Counted from the whole stretch's first letter, positions 49,835 to 62,263 are shown. The stretch: DNA of 63,930 nucleotides, filler included, from Octopus bimaculoides (GCF_001194135.2; 5 parts of 5 records of this genome joined end to end with filler, not necessarily neighbours in it), one strand, 5' to 3'. Numbers and translations are program-made. Notes: generated by a model from the sequence alone, not told the origin.

Positions 49835-50217
49835 GGAGGCGCAATGGCCCAGTGGTTAGGGCAGCGGACTCGCGGTCATAGGATCGCGGTTTCGATTCCC
49901 AGACCGGACGTTGTGTGTGTTTATTGAGCGAAAACACCTAAAGCTCCACGAGGCTCCGGCAGGGGGATGGTGGCGAACCCTTCTGTACTCTTTCACCACA
50001 ACTTTCTCTCACTCTTACTTCCTGTTTCTGTTGTGCCTGTAATTCAAAGGGTCAGCCTTGTCACACTGTGTCACGCTGAATATCCCCGAGAACTACGTTA
50101 AGGGTACACGTGTCTGTAGAGTGCTCAGCCACTAGCACGTTAATTTCGTGAGCAGGCTGTTCCGTTGATCGGATCAACTGGAACCCTCGACGTCGTAAAC
50201 GACGGAGTGCCAACACA
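49835..50217 (+). mobile_element. Full-length family C tRNA-SINE with a target-site duplication
   Basis: A box TGGCCCAGTGG and B-box-like GGTTTCGATTCC. The 12-bp TSD TTTTAATCTACC lies at 49821-49832 and 50218-50229. Confidence 0.92.
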
Positions 50218-50384
50218 TTTTAATCTACCAACATCTATTGTATTGTGATAAATGGGAGTTTAACGATGTATTAATATCTGAGATCTTAAAAACCGTAGAT
50301 ACACTTCGATGCTTTTACATCAACGTAGCGCGCGCACACACACACACATTATAAGCCCAAGAATGGAATTTACAATAATTATGT

Positions 50385-50446
50385 GTTGGCACTCTGTCGC
50401 TTACGACGTCGAGGGTTCCAGTTGATCCGATCAACGGAACAGCCTG
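50385..50446 (-). mobile_element. Inverted 3'-tail fragment of the family C SINE
   Basis: Near-perfect reverse complement of about 50155-50215. Confidence 0.88.
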
Positions 50447-50955
50447 GGCCAATCTTTGGCGAAACATATCTAAGTACTGAATGAGGATACAGCTCAGATC
50501 TATAAATCCCCTTTTATCGCACACACGCGTCATTTGAACAGCAGAAAACTGCTTAGTGGGCGGTGTTTCTACTAGTGAAAAAATGTTTAAATGCTACACA
50601 TATGTATACCTTGTGTCTCTGCAATAGTGTGTAGCATCTACCTTCTTAATTATTCGATATTATTCACTCCGCTAGCTTGCATAGGATTCTTTTCGAAGTT
50701 TGAGATTTGCCTTGTTCGTGAAGCATTAACAAAGATCCCGCCTATATATATATATTATGGGTTTGTGTGTGTACGTGTACATGTGTGTGTATTATATTAT
50801 GCACGATGTGTACGAGAAAGAGATTAAATATAGTCAGACTAAGGAATTAAGTTATAAAATAAAATGAAAGTTTAAAGAGAGAGGAAAAAAAGGAGGCGAT
50901 AGAATTTAGACAAACAAGAGAAAGATATAATCTACTCACACACATACAAGAATGT

Positions 50956-50990
<35 letters not shown>

Positions 50991-51523
50991 NNNNNNNNNN
51001 NNNNNNNNNNNNNNNNNNNNNNNNNNNNNNNNNNNNNNNNNNNNNNNNNNNNNNNNNNNNNNNNNNNNNNNNNNNNNNNNNNNNNNNNNNNNNNNNNNNN
51101 NNNNNNNNNNNNNNNNNNNNNNNNNNNNNNNNNNNNNNNNNNNNNNNNNNNNNNNNNNNNNNNNNNNNNNNNNNNNNNNNNNNNNNNNNNNNNNNNNNNN
51201 NNNNNNNNNNNNNNNNNNNNNNNNNNNNNNNNNNNNNNNNNNNNNNNNNNNNNNNNNNNNNNNNNNNNNNNNNNNNNNNNNNNNNNNNNNNNNNNNNNNN
51301 NNNNNNNNNNNNNNNNNNNNNNNNNNNNNNNNNNNNNNNNNNNNNNNNNNNNNNNNNNNNNNNNNNNNNNNNNNNNNNNNNNNNNNNNNNNNNNNNNNNN
51401 NNNNNNNNNNNNNNNNNNNNNNNNNNNNNNNNNNNNNNNNNNNNNNNNNNNNNNNNNNNNNNNNNNNNNNNNNNNNNNNNNNNNNNNNNNNNNNNNNNNN
51501 NNNNNNNNNNNNNNNNNNNNNNN

Positions 51524-51562
<39 letters not shown>

Positions 51563-52491
51563 CACATACGTACACATGCTTAGATAGATAGATGCGCGTA
51601 CTGACATTTACATATACACACTGATATAGAGATACACACATTAACATACACAACAACTTAGACACATACACAGTTGATACTGATATATAGACATACATAC
51701 GCACACATTTTAGAAACAGATAAACAATCACACACACTCATATACACAATTACCTACATTAGTAGACACATACACGGATACTTACACTGTCACACACACT
51801 CTCACACATACACACACGTAATACTGACACCTACACTCACCGCTACTTAACACAGTGGCTCCCTCCAGCGTTAGGACCAAGTTATATAACCGAGAGATGA
51901 TGGAGCAACGGTGGAAGATGCTGTGAAGGGGAGGAGGAGGAGTGGGAGGCTGGTTAATAAGGCTAGACGCCCCCCGCCTTTTCTTTTTCCTCCCCTCCTA
52001 TTGTTTCTGCCAGTGGGACTCCCTCCCACCACCTCTACTGTCTGTGCGCTCAGTTGGAGATTTTGCATACATGTACACATACAGACATACGCACACACTA
52101 TACGTATATATACAGGCTGTATAGATATATACAACAGACTATATACATATATATACACACACACACAGACATATTCACTCATGAACACAGACACACAAAC
52201 ACGCACATATAAACACATAGACATATATAAACAGATATACACATAGGCATATACGCATAGACAGTTAATGAGTTTAGCCACTGAATGAAATAGTATCTGT
52301 CAGTCAGTAAGGTCTCTTTTCTAGTTAGTTAATTTGTAAATGATTGCGTTAATTAATTAGGGAATTGTGGGTGAAGTTAGAGGCAGGCCACCTCTACAAT
52401 GGCACACGACACAGCGGCGACCAGCGTGTCCCCACCCACAGTTATTAAAGGATGGTCATTGTGTGACTGGGGAATATATATACATATATAT

Positions 52492-52551
<60 letters not shown>

Positions 52552-52634
52552 ACACGCACATTACATACATATGTGTAAGTAAATATGTGTATATGTATGC
52601 ATGTATATGTGAATGTACGTATGTGTGTGTATAT

Positions 52635-52870
52635 ATATGTGTTGTATGGATATGTGTGTGAATGCGTGTATGTTTGTATATATACATGTGTTGTATGGAT
52701 ATGTGTGTGAATGCGTGTAGGTTTGTATATACATGTGTTGTATGGATATGTGTGTGAATGCGTGTATGTTTGTATATACATGTGTTGTATGGATATGTGT
52801 GTGAATGCGTGTAGGTTTGTATATATATATATATGTGTTGTATGGATATGTGTGTGAATGAGTGTATGTC
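52635..52870. repeat. Minisatellite, five units of 47-53 bp
   Basis: GTTGTATGGATATGTGTGTGAATG at 52641, 52690, 52737, 52784 and 52837. Confidence 0.9.
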
Positions 52871-52937
52871 TGTATATACGTATATGTATGTTGTGTCTAT
52901 GTATGTGTGTATATTTAGTTGTGTGTGTGTGCGTTTA

Positions 52938-52971
<34 letters not shown>

Positions 52972-53260
52972 AAGACGGAGAAAACCAGCCCTGATTGTCT
53001 TAACAGTACTTTTACCCACCGGCCTATATATATAAATATATACACACACGTAATATATTGTGTGCGTGTGTATATTAGGCAAGCGGTGTGTTTGAAGCCG
53101 GCCAGCTGCTGATTATTTATTTTTTTTTCTCGTTCAACAGCCACCACAAATATCTCCATACTTACACACACATACAAACACATTCACACGCAAATATATG
53201 TATGTGCGTCTATATTGTATATATGTGTCTGTGTGTGTTCTGTGTGTGGGTATTGTTTGT

Positions 53261-53295
<35 letters not shown>

Positions 53296-53874
53296 CCTAT
53301 CTACCTATCCATCTATCTATCTATCCATGCGTGTTTAATTTGTGCAATATGCGAATCTCTCGGCCCTTGATTCACTTGAAAAAGGTATACTTTGTATTCA
53401 ATTGTATTTGTCCAGTTTGCTATATCAAATCTATATACCCCCCCCCTCCACTACACACACACACACACACACATACACACACACATATATATATATATAT
53501 NNNNNNNNNNNNNNNNNNNNNNNNNNNNNNNNNNNNNNNNNNNNNNNNNNNNNNNNNNNNNNNNNNNNNNNNNNNNNNNNNNNNNNNNNNNNNNNNNNNN
53601 GAACCTACCTCGCGGCAGGAGGTGCAAATGAAGGTTGCTAAATCAAACTCTATTCTTCACTAAGTGCCACATATTGTAAGAGGCTGAAGTAAATTTGTGA
53701 AGTAAAATTGTGTAGCAACACCAAATGGTGGGTCTCCAGCATGGCCACAGCTCATGAGCTGAAACTAGATAAAATGAAAAATGAAAATGATATACATAAA
53801 TATATATATATATGTGTATATGTGTATATATATATATATAAATAGATGAATGTATATATATATATATATTTATT

Positions 53875-53905
<31 letters not shown>

Positions 53906-56457
53906 GCGTATATATATAATTTATCCCCAACAATCGTTATAAGTTAGAAGGATGTAACTTAGCGGTCCGATAAGAGACCGATTGAATAAATAGCAGACTT
54001 TATTAACAAAATAACCACTCGGGTTAATTTGTTTGAGTAAAAAAGTCAAGGCGTTGCCCCAACATGGCCGCATCAAAAACTGAAGCATGTAAAAAAAACA
54101 AAAAAACAAGTAGCACAGAACGGAATTTAAACCAATGATGTAACGTTAGTCGGCTTTCTATTTATAACTATGGCGTAACAAGACAGCCTCTACATGGTTA
54201 CTGAACATGCTAGAAATAGCTGCCAAACCTTACTCAAACCAGTGGGCCGTCTGAGAAAACGAACATTCGCTAATTAGGCCAATGTTTAACTATTACTGAG
54301 AAATAGCAAACAGTGGTCATAGTTGAAATGTGTTTGAGCGTAGACAGATCTGCTTACGAAAGCTTGAACAGCTAAGTTTTCCGACGTAAGGGAAGTAAAT
54401 CTTCCACTAAGTCATTGGAGTTACGTCCCTTGTCTAAAAAAAAAAGTAAGCAAATGAATTAGTGAACAATAGCGTCGTTAGTAGTTGAGTTATTTTTTGG
54501 GGTCATTACCTTTTTGATGGCGAGAGTGATAAGGGAGTGTCCGTAACGCGATGCAGAACAAATAGATCGGTTGTGAAGTCACTGATTTCCGGTTTTCACG
54601 ATTTCTTTTCGTTTTGCACACAGCTAGATTTCTGTCACTCTCACCAACATTTACAAAATAAATTCATTTTTCACATATTTCTGCAAACATTTAACTGATA
54701 ATTTACAAATTACTATTTTAATAAAATTCTTTTATTCACAAATTATTTCAAAAACAAAACAAATAACTGAGTTTAATAATCATAATAAAAGACCATTAAA
54801 AGTGTTCCTGAGTGCATCTCATGCTATTTTATAGAAAATATTTCTAATTTTACTCATTGCAATATATGCCACCTTTAGAAATTTCAACAACAAACTTGTC
54901 TTAATATTTTACTGGAAACTTAGCTAAGTTTTTTTTTTGTTTGTTTTCTTCTTTATTTTAATTTTTTTTAAAATTGTTTTTGCTTTGTTGTTTTCTCTTC
55001 TCAGCAAAATCTTAAAAGGTTGGTTGGATACTTCCAGATCACGACTCCAGAAATTCAGGAAATTTTTTTTTAAAACAAATAGATTTTATTGATAACAGCA
55101 GTTTCAATTTTGTATGAAATAAATTTACAATTGTTTTTATTCATTATCTTTTATGCACACACAGCCGTACACACACACACAGACAGAGAGTAAATAAATT
55201 CCCCTCAAACACATACATGCTCTCAGAGACTTATCTGTGCATACACACACAATCACACCAAAGTGGTACTTCCCGGATACTTTATTGAATATTTACCAGA
55301 ATCTGTCAGTGAACCCAAACTTAGTTAGTAATCCAGTTAAAAAAAAAAAAATTTTGAGGGAAGATTCTTTTTCTTTAATTAAAAAAAAAAAAAGAGGGGG
55401 GGAAAAAACTCAATGTGGAGACAAAACCCACTCATATTTTTCATTTTTGAAGCTATCACAACAACAAACATCAACTAATTGTTANNNNNNNNNNNNNNNN
55501 NNNNNNNNNNNNNNNNNNNNNNNNNNNNNNNNNNNNNNNNNNNNNNNNNNNNNNNNNNNNNNNNNNNNNNNNNNNNNNNNNNNNNNNNNNNNNNNNNNNN
55601 NNNNNNNNNNNNNNNNNNNNNNNNNNNNNNNNNNNNNNNNNNNNNNNNNNNNNNNNNNNNNNNNNNNNNNNNNNNNNNNNNNNNNNNNNNNNNNNNNNNN
55701 NNNNNNNNNNNNNNNNNNNNNNNNNNNNNNNNNNNNNNNNNNNNNNNNNNNNNNNNNNNNNNNNNNNNNNNNNNNNNNNNNNNNNNNNNNNNNNNNNNNN
55801 NNNNNNNNNNNNNNNNNNNNNNNNNNNNNNNNNNNNNNNNNNNNNNNNNNNNNNNNNNNNNNNNNNNNNNNNNNNNNNNNNNNNNNNNNNNNNNNNNNNN
55901 NNNNNNNNNNNNNNNNNNNNNNNNNNNNNNNNNNNNNNNNNNNNNNNNNNNNNNNNNNNNNNNNNNNNNNNNNNNNNNNNNNNNNNNNNNNNNNNNNNNN
56001 NNNNNNNNNNNNNNNNNNNNNNNNNNNNNNNNNNNNNNNNNNNNNNNNNNNNNNNNNNNNNNNNNNNNNNNNNNNNNNNNNNNNNNNNNNNNNNNNNNNN
56101 NNNNNNNNNNNNNNNNNNNNNNNNNNNNNNNNNNNNNNNNNNNNNNNNNNNNNNNNNNNNNNNNNNNNNNNNNNNNNNNNNNNNNNNNNNNNNNNNNNNN
56201 NNNNNNNNNNNNNNNNNNNNNNNNNNNNNNNNNNNNNNNNNNNNNNNNNNNNNNNNNNNNNNNNNNNNNNNNNNNNNNNNNTCCAGAATTAATGCTAGAA
56301 AGAGAAGTAAATAGTCAACAATTTAAAGTTTAGAGAAGTTTTCAGATTACGAAAACTTACTCAAGAGAGCTTTGTTCCAGCCATTAAATTTTTAACAAAA
56401 TCGGCAATGGAATTGGGGTGAGGGTGTTTGTATGTGGGGGGAAAAAATCATTTAGGT

Positions 56458-56688
56458 TTAACTCCTTTCGTTACTGTATTTATTTTGAGATGATCTGTGT
56501 TTCTTTCAATTAATTTGAAATATAACAAAGAATTTAGTAAAATAATTTAGTTATCATTAAGCTAGTGTTAGGAACATAAATTGTGACTAAGGTTTGGTGG
56601 AAGAATTTAATTCAAAACTTATGAAAACAAGACACTTATACAACAGAGCCAGAACCGGTTTCAGCCGGATTGGTAACAAAAGGGTTAA
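56458..56688. mobile_element. TTAA-flanked MITE, same family as 24117-24346
   Basis: Body near identical, ending GGTAACAAAAGGG-TTAA. Confidence 0.85.
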
Positions 56689-57194
56689 TTTAATCTGTTG
56701 GCTTAAACCTAGGATCTTATTTGATGTGGACTCCATTCATTGATTTAGCTCAGTAACTACATCTTAATGTAACACTAGATAGCTGTGCAACTTAAAGATC
56801 TATATATATCATTTAAGGTGTACTCAGTTAGGAATGTATTGGAGTACAAAATAATGCTTATTCACCCTTAGAATTACCAAATAGCCAGTAGTATTATGGT
56901 ATACTTCCAATTCTAGGCTTAGGCATTCATCGTGTGTGAAAATAATGTTTACTAGATTGAAAAGAGCCAGTTGGATGTTTTAGCATCAAAGTCTAAGATT
57001 TACTTACAGGGATAGTGATTATATGTCACCTGAAGAGGTACAACTGGATCCTATTATACAGGTAAACCGTTGCTTAATTTAAATCTTGTATACATGTGGA
57101 TCTATGTTGTATCAAAACACATGTAGTGTTTATTAAATAGCTGTTTAAATGTACCCCCTTCTTCTTGACTCTATATACATATAAATATATTGAT

Positions 57195-57410
57195 TTCAAA
57201 TTTTGGCAGAAGGCCAGAAATTTTAGGGGAGGGGGGGGGGTAAGTTGATTACATCAATCCCAGTGTTCAATTGGTATTTATTTTATTGACCTCAAAAGGA
57301 TGAAAGGCAAAGTTGACCTCAGTAGAATTTGAACTCAGAACATAAACACAGGTGAAATGCAGTTAAGCTTTTTACCTGGCGTGCTAACGATTCTGCCAAT
57401 TTGCTGACTT
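57195..57410 (-). mobile_element. Family B SINE
   Basis: GGATGAAAGGCAAAGTTGACC...GAATTTGAACTCAGAAC. Confidence 0.8.
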
Positions 57411-57554
57411 ATTTATTAATGGTTGTTTTTATGTGAGGGTTACAGAAAAAAAAAAGCTAAATTGAAGGATCACTCCAATGCCTTTCAGTAGAATAATATA
57501 TTTATTCCTGTTTTTTTTTTCTTTTAATACAAGGAAAACGGTTAATAGTTACTA

Positions 57555-57603
57555 TGACAGTCTGATGAAGGCTACATTAACTGAAACTTCGAAGTTACTG
57601 TCA
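57555..57603 (+). ncRNA. Type I hammerhead ribozyme motif (Penelope-type, palindromic stem III)
   Basis: TGACAGT-CTGATGA-A-GGCTACATTAACT-GAAA-CTTCGAAG-TT-ACTGTCA: perfect 7-bp stem I, intact core, ACTTCGAAGT palindrome, GUU cleavage triplet. Confidence 0.8.
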
Positions 57604-58756
57604 ACCTTTTCCTTGTAAAAATAACATAGATATAGAAAACCAGAATTCTCTGAAGAAATAACTGCAGAAACAGTAAGAGGAAAAAAAAAAAATTAATAAA
57701 TAGAATGAGACATTCTAAGAGAATAGAATTCAAAGAATTTAGAACAATTAATGTTCTTAAAAATGTTATCCTTTTAATGTCCCTTTAAAATGTTATCCCC
57801 TGAAAATATTGAAAAAACAAACATCCCTTCTTTCATGGAAACTGTTATCAGGCGTAAAGTGACCATAGATGAGTGAAGAACTCTTAGAAAACAAAAGTTT
57901 GCGACACAGGTTCAATTCTTGAGTGAACCAATAACATTTGTTAGATGAGGGAGGGAGGGAGAGAGAAGAGGCATTTAAATTTTAATTTATATTGCATTGG
58001 ACCAGTCACTGGCTCACTGTATTTCCAATGACAGTGAGAGTGACACGGGAGTGTTAACTTGATGCAGAACAAATATAACAAAGGATTGTTGAGAAGAACT
58101 TTTTAAAAATTTTCTTTTTTTAGTTTTCTCAATGTCTATATCCTTTATCAATACACACTCTTGTACATACATACATACACACACACACACTACAAATGTT
58201 AAATTAAGGTTATTATTTTAAAGCAAGTTTAATCTTAAACAGAACATTTGTTGATGGTGTGACCACATACAGAGAATAGTCAAATTTATCGTGAAGATCT
58301 AGTTGAGTGGGACTTCACTCACACTCTCTGATTGTCTATATAAATACACACACACACACACACATCTGTCCAGTACCAAATGTTGGAGAAAAAAAAACTA
58401 CTTAATACCATTGTAGAAATTAATGTTACAGTTTACTCAAGTCAGTCTCCAGCTACTCTTAGTTCCAGAACATGTCTGAAGACCCCTGTGTGTCCCCAAG
58501 TGAAACTTGGAGACTGACTCAATCAAAATAAAGCATTAACATTTATATAATAACCTCCACACACATGCACATACATACCTAAGCATGTGCCATGGTTACG
58601 AAGGCTGTGGTGGGAGTCACAAGCTAAGGCGCCACAGGATGCCAGCTTCTTAATGATGCCACCAAAACCAGCACAAAAGACATAATATATTACTTATATA
58701 CACTTCACAACATGCTCAGGTAGAAGAGGTTCCCCTCATCAGCAGAGTTGGAGGGT

Positions 58757-59030
58757 CTTTGGCCTGGTGCTCCGTCGGTTATGACAAGTGTTCCTGTTGA
58801 TACGATCAACGGAACAGCCTGCTTGTGCAGTTAACATGCAAGTACTCCAGACACACGTATCCTAAGCATAGATGTGACATAGCTGGCCCCTTTGGATTAC
58901 AGGTACCACTCACTTTTGCCAGCTGGGTGTACTGGAGCAACATGAAATAAAGTGTCTTGCTCAAGGACACAACACACCACTGGGAATTGAACTTACAATC
59001 ACAAGTTGAATACTCTAACCACTGAGCCAT
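58757..59030 (-). mobile_element. CORE-like tRNA-SINE sharing the family C tail
   Basis: Minus-strand GTGTCCTTGAGCAAGACACTTTATTTCATGTTGCTCCAG (CORE-like), then GCAGGCTGTTCCGTTGATCG. A head fragment also occurs near 11200-11290. Confidence 0.7.
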
Positions 59031-59470
59031 ACTCCTCTCATGGATATAAAAAGAGGCCCTATTCTTCTCAATGTGTATGGATTAGATTATCAAAGGGAGG
59101 GCACAGTAATGATGTAAGCACCACCATCACCACCACTAACAACAGAAATTACCAAGTGGTTGATGAAGAAATGATGATAACAAAGAGGTTGGACACTGGC
59201 AATGTCCTGCAACTCTAATAAAGCTGGGAATTCACATGCAGCCATGTTGGAACATGGACAACAATTAATTCTTACACCAACCAACAGCATTTATTAACAA
59301 AAGCAAAAAATATTTCACAATGGCTGCAAAATAACAACACACACACACACACTTATAAATACGTATGTTTGTATATGCATACACATAGGTATGAAAATAA
59401 ATATGTAGAAATGTACATACATATACAATGTGTGTGTGTATAGATATATATGTGTGCATACCTGTATATA

Positions 59471-59689
59471 CAGGGTGTCCACAAAGTCTGGGTACATGGG
59501 GATTAACACATTAAGAAATTATTATTTCTTATATTTAATAATATTCAAATATTATTAGATATTTATTTAAATATTATTTCTTATATTTAAAAAGAAATAT
59601 ATTTTTTATATATAATATTATTTCTTATATTTAATTGTTTATGTTATGATTTTATTTACTCCATGTACCCAGACTTTGTGGACACCCTG
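59471..59689. mobile_element. Tc1/mariner-type MITE
   Basis: TIR CAGGGTGTCCACAAAGTCTGGGTACATGG with TA flanks. Confidence 0.85.
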
Positions 59690-59718
59690 TAGATACACAT
59701 ATGCTTATATGTGTGTGC

Positions 59719-59754
<36 letters not shown>

Positions 59755-61801
59755 CTATAAAATTTAAAAACAAAACATACCGGTGTAACAGAACAGGTAA
59801 CAAACGTGCTGATTGGTTGCTGATTGCCTACAGGTGAAAGCTGGTAGTGAAACTGTGCAGCAACTAGAGAAAGGTGCATTTAGCATATGCAGTAAGAGTA
59901 AAGAACAAGAAAAAAAGGCGGGGGGAGAAAGGAGGGAAAGAAAGAAGCAACTATTAAGAGTTCCAACCATCCGTGGCAGTTTCTTAATGTTTGCCAATCA
60001 ACAGGTAAGATAACAGGTGTGAAAACAGTTAATCCATAAATAACATGTTTAAAGAATGGCACTTTCTAGTAGTTAGTTACCGAAACTACCAAGAACAACA
60101 ACAACAATAACAACAACGTTGTTTGATATTCCAGTTTATGTCGGGTTTTGACAAACTGGTTCCAACAATTGAGAAAATACAAGATTTGGTTAACAAAAAC
60201 ATAACAGAAATGGAGGGAAAAAAATAAAATAAAGAGGGTTAAAAAATGGTCAACCTTTTAGCATTTAGATTACTTTGTCAAATGTAATGCTTAATTTATT
60301 CATATTGCTTTGAATTAACCATGAATTCCCCCCTTGCTGTGAGAGGCCAGATCTGGTCAGTTTGAACATGAAACATGTAGAATATTTTGGCCAGATTATG
60401 GCCAGTTAAAATGCTGAAGGGTTGAATAATTGTGGGAGATATGTCAATTAGGGTTTAGTAGAGAAATGTGAGCTAATGAAGTAATTAAGAGAGCGAGAGA
60501 GAGAGCTGACTAATTTAACAAATCTAACAGTGCAATTTGAGAGTCAAGAGAGATAAGTTTCGAAGAATTTGATTGTTTTCCAGAGATTTGAATCAAGGCA
60601 AGCATTGTAGTTGTAGAATTAGTGAGAGGTCAAAGGTGACCCAGATCTAATTAAAGGTTTTGGCACTGATACCAGTCATTAAATGAGGGATAGGTTTTTT
60701 TTTTTGTTTTACCTTCAAACTTTGTTTGTTTCAGAAAAAAAAAGAAAGAGTTTATAAGACAAAGCACAAAATCCAGGCTACTTTGATGCAGTCTGAGAGA
60801 TTGTGAAGTTGCTGGAGAAACGAAGAAAGAACTGAAGATGTCTGCAAATAGGGAAGGAAGCTTGTACCACTTGGAACAAGCAGANNNNNNNNNNNNNNNN
60901 NNNNNNNNNNNNNNNNNNNNNNNNNNNNNNNNNNNNNNNNNNNNNNNNNNNNNNATTAACCAACAATTTTTGAAATGTTTTGTCATTTAAAATGACAAAA
61001 TTACTATTTTTTTTTTTTTAAATATCAATAAACATTCTTTCTAACACAGAATAAGAAAATAAAATTAATTTTGACATCTTTTTTGTTTGTTTTAGATTCA
61101 ACTGTTGTTATTAATATCATCATCATTATTATTATCGTCGTTATTCTCTTATTTCTGAAAACTTCACAGCTTTCTTTAAAAAGTCACAAATTTTGTTTTG
61201 TTAGATTTCATACTGTATAAAAAAGAGAATTAATAAATAACTTAAAAAAAAAAAAAAAAATCAGTCACTTACCGTGAGAGAAAATATTTAAAATTACAAC
61301 CATTTTTTTTTTTGTTTTACCTTCAAACTTTGTTTGTTTCAGAAAAAAAAAGAAAGAGTTTATAAGACAAAGCACAAAATCCAGGCTACTTTGATGCAGT
61401 CTGAGAGATTGTGAAGTTGCTGGAGAAACGAAGAAAGAACTGAAGATGTCTGCAAATAGGGAAGGAAGCTTGTACCACTTGGAACAAGCAGAATATTTGT
61501 TGGGGGAAATTTTGGTAGAGGAAAGAGAGAAAGAAACATACACAAGTTCTCCCTGCATCACACAAGTTTTGCATTCATGAAAATCTGTAACATGTGGTTT
61601 GCTTGTGTGTGTGTGTGAGTTTGTTGTTGAAGCAAGTTTAAGAATAACAATGCACCAACATGGAGAGTAGTGATAGGAGAGTGTTGTAGTTTGCTTGAAG
61701 CATTGTGTATTGTTTATAAAGAATAACAAATTTTGAATGGTACAATAATGCACTATAATACAAAAAATGGACTATATACCAGTTGTAATTTAGTTATCCA
61801 T

Positions 61802-61967
61802 AGGCGCAGGAGTGGCTGTGTGGTAAGTAGCTTGCTTACCAACCACATGGTTCCGGGTTCATTCCCACTGCGTGGCACCTTGGGCAAGTGTCTTCTACTA
61901 TAGCCACGGGCTGACCAAAGCCTTGTGAGTGGATTTGGTAGATGGAAACTGAAAGAAGCTGGTCATA

Positions 61968-62034
<67 letters not shown>

Positions 62035-62263
62035 GTGTGTGTATATGTTTGTGTGTCTGTGTTTGTCTCCCCCCCAACATCGCTTGACAACCAATGGTGG
62101 TGTGTTTACGGCCCCGTAACTTAGCGGTTCGGCAAAAAGAGACCGATAGAATAAGTACGAGGCTTCCAAAGAATAAGTCCTGGGGTTCGATTTGCTCGAC
62201 TAAAAGACGGTGCTCCAGCATGGGCGCAGTCAAAATGACTGAAACAAGTAAAAGAGTAAAAGA
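61802..62263 (+). mobile_element. Full-length family A tRNA-SINE
   Basis: A box TGGCTGTGTGG, B-box-like GGTTCATTCCC, CORE-like GGCACCTTGGGCAAGTGTCTT, internal (TA)n and tail ...ATGACTGAAACAAGTAAAAGAGTAAAAGAG. Confidence 0.9.

Noticed and set aside
49835-49910. Possible tRNA gene
   Set aside because: It is the tRNA-derived head of a SINE with a body, tail and TSD. The same applies to the heads at 8168-8555, 10801 and 61802.
60695-61492. 190-bp exact duplication (60695-60884 and 61303-61492)
   Set aside because: The first copy ends at an N gap and begins in a poly-T run, which is typical of an assembly overlap or mis-join.
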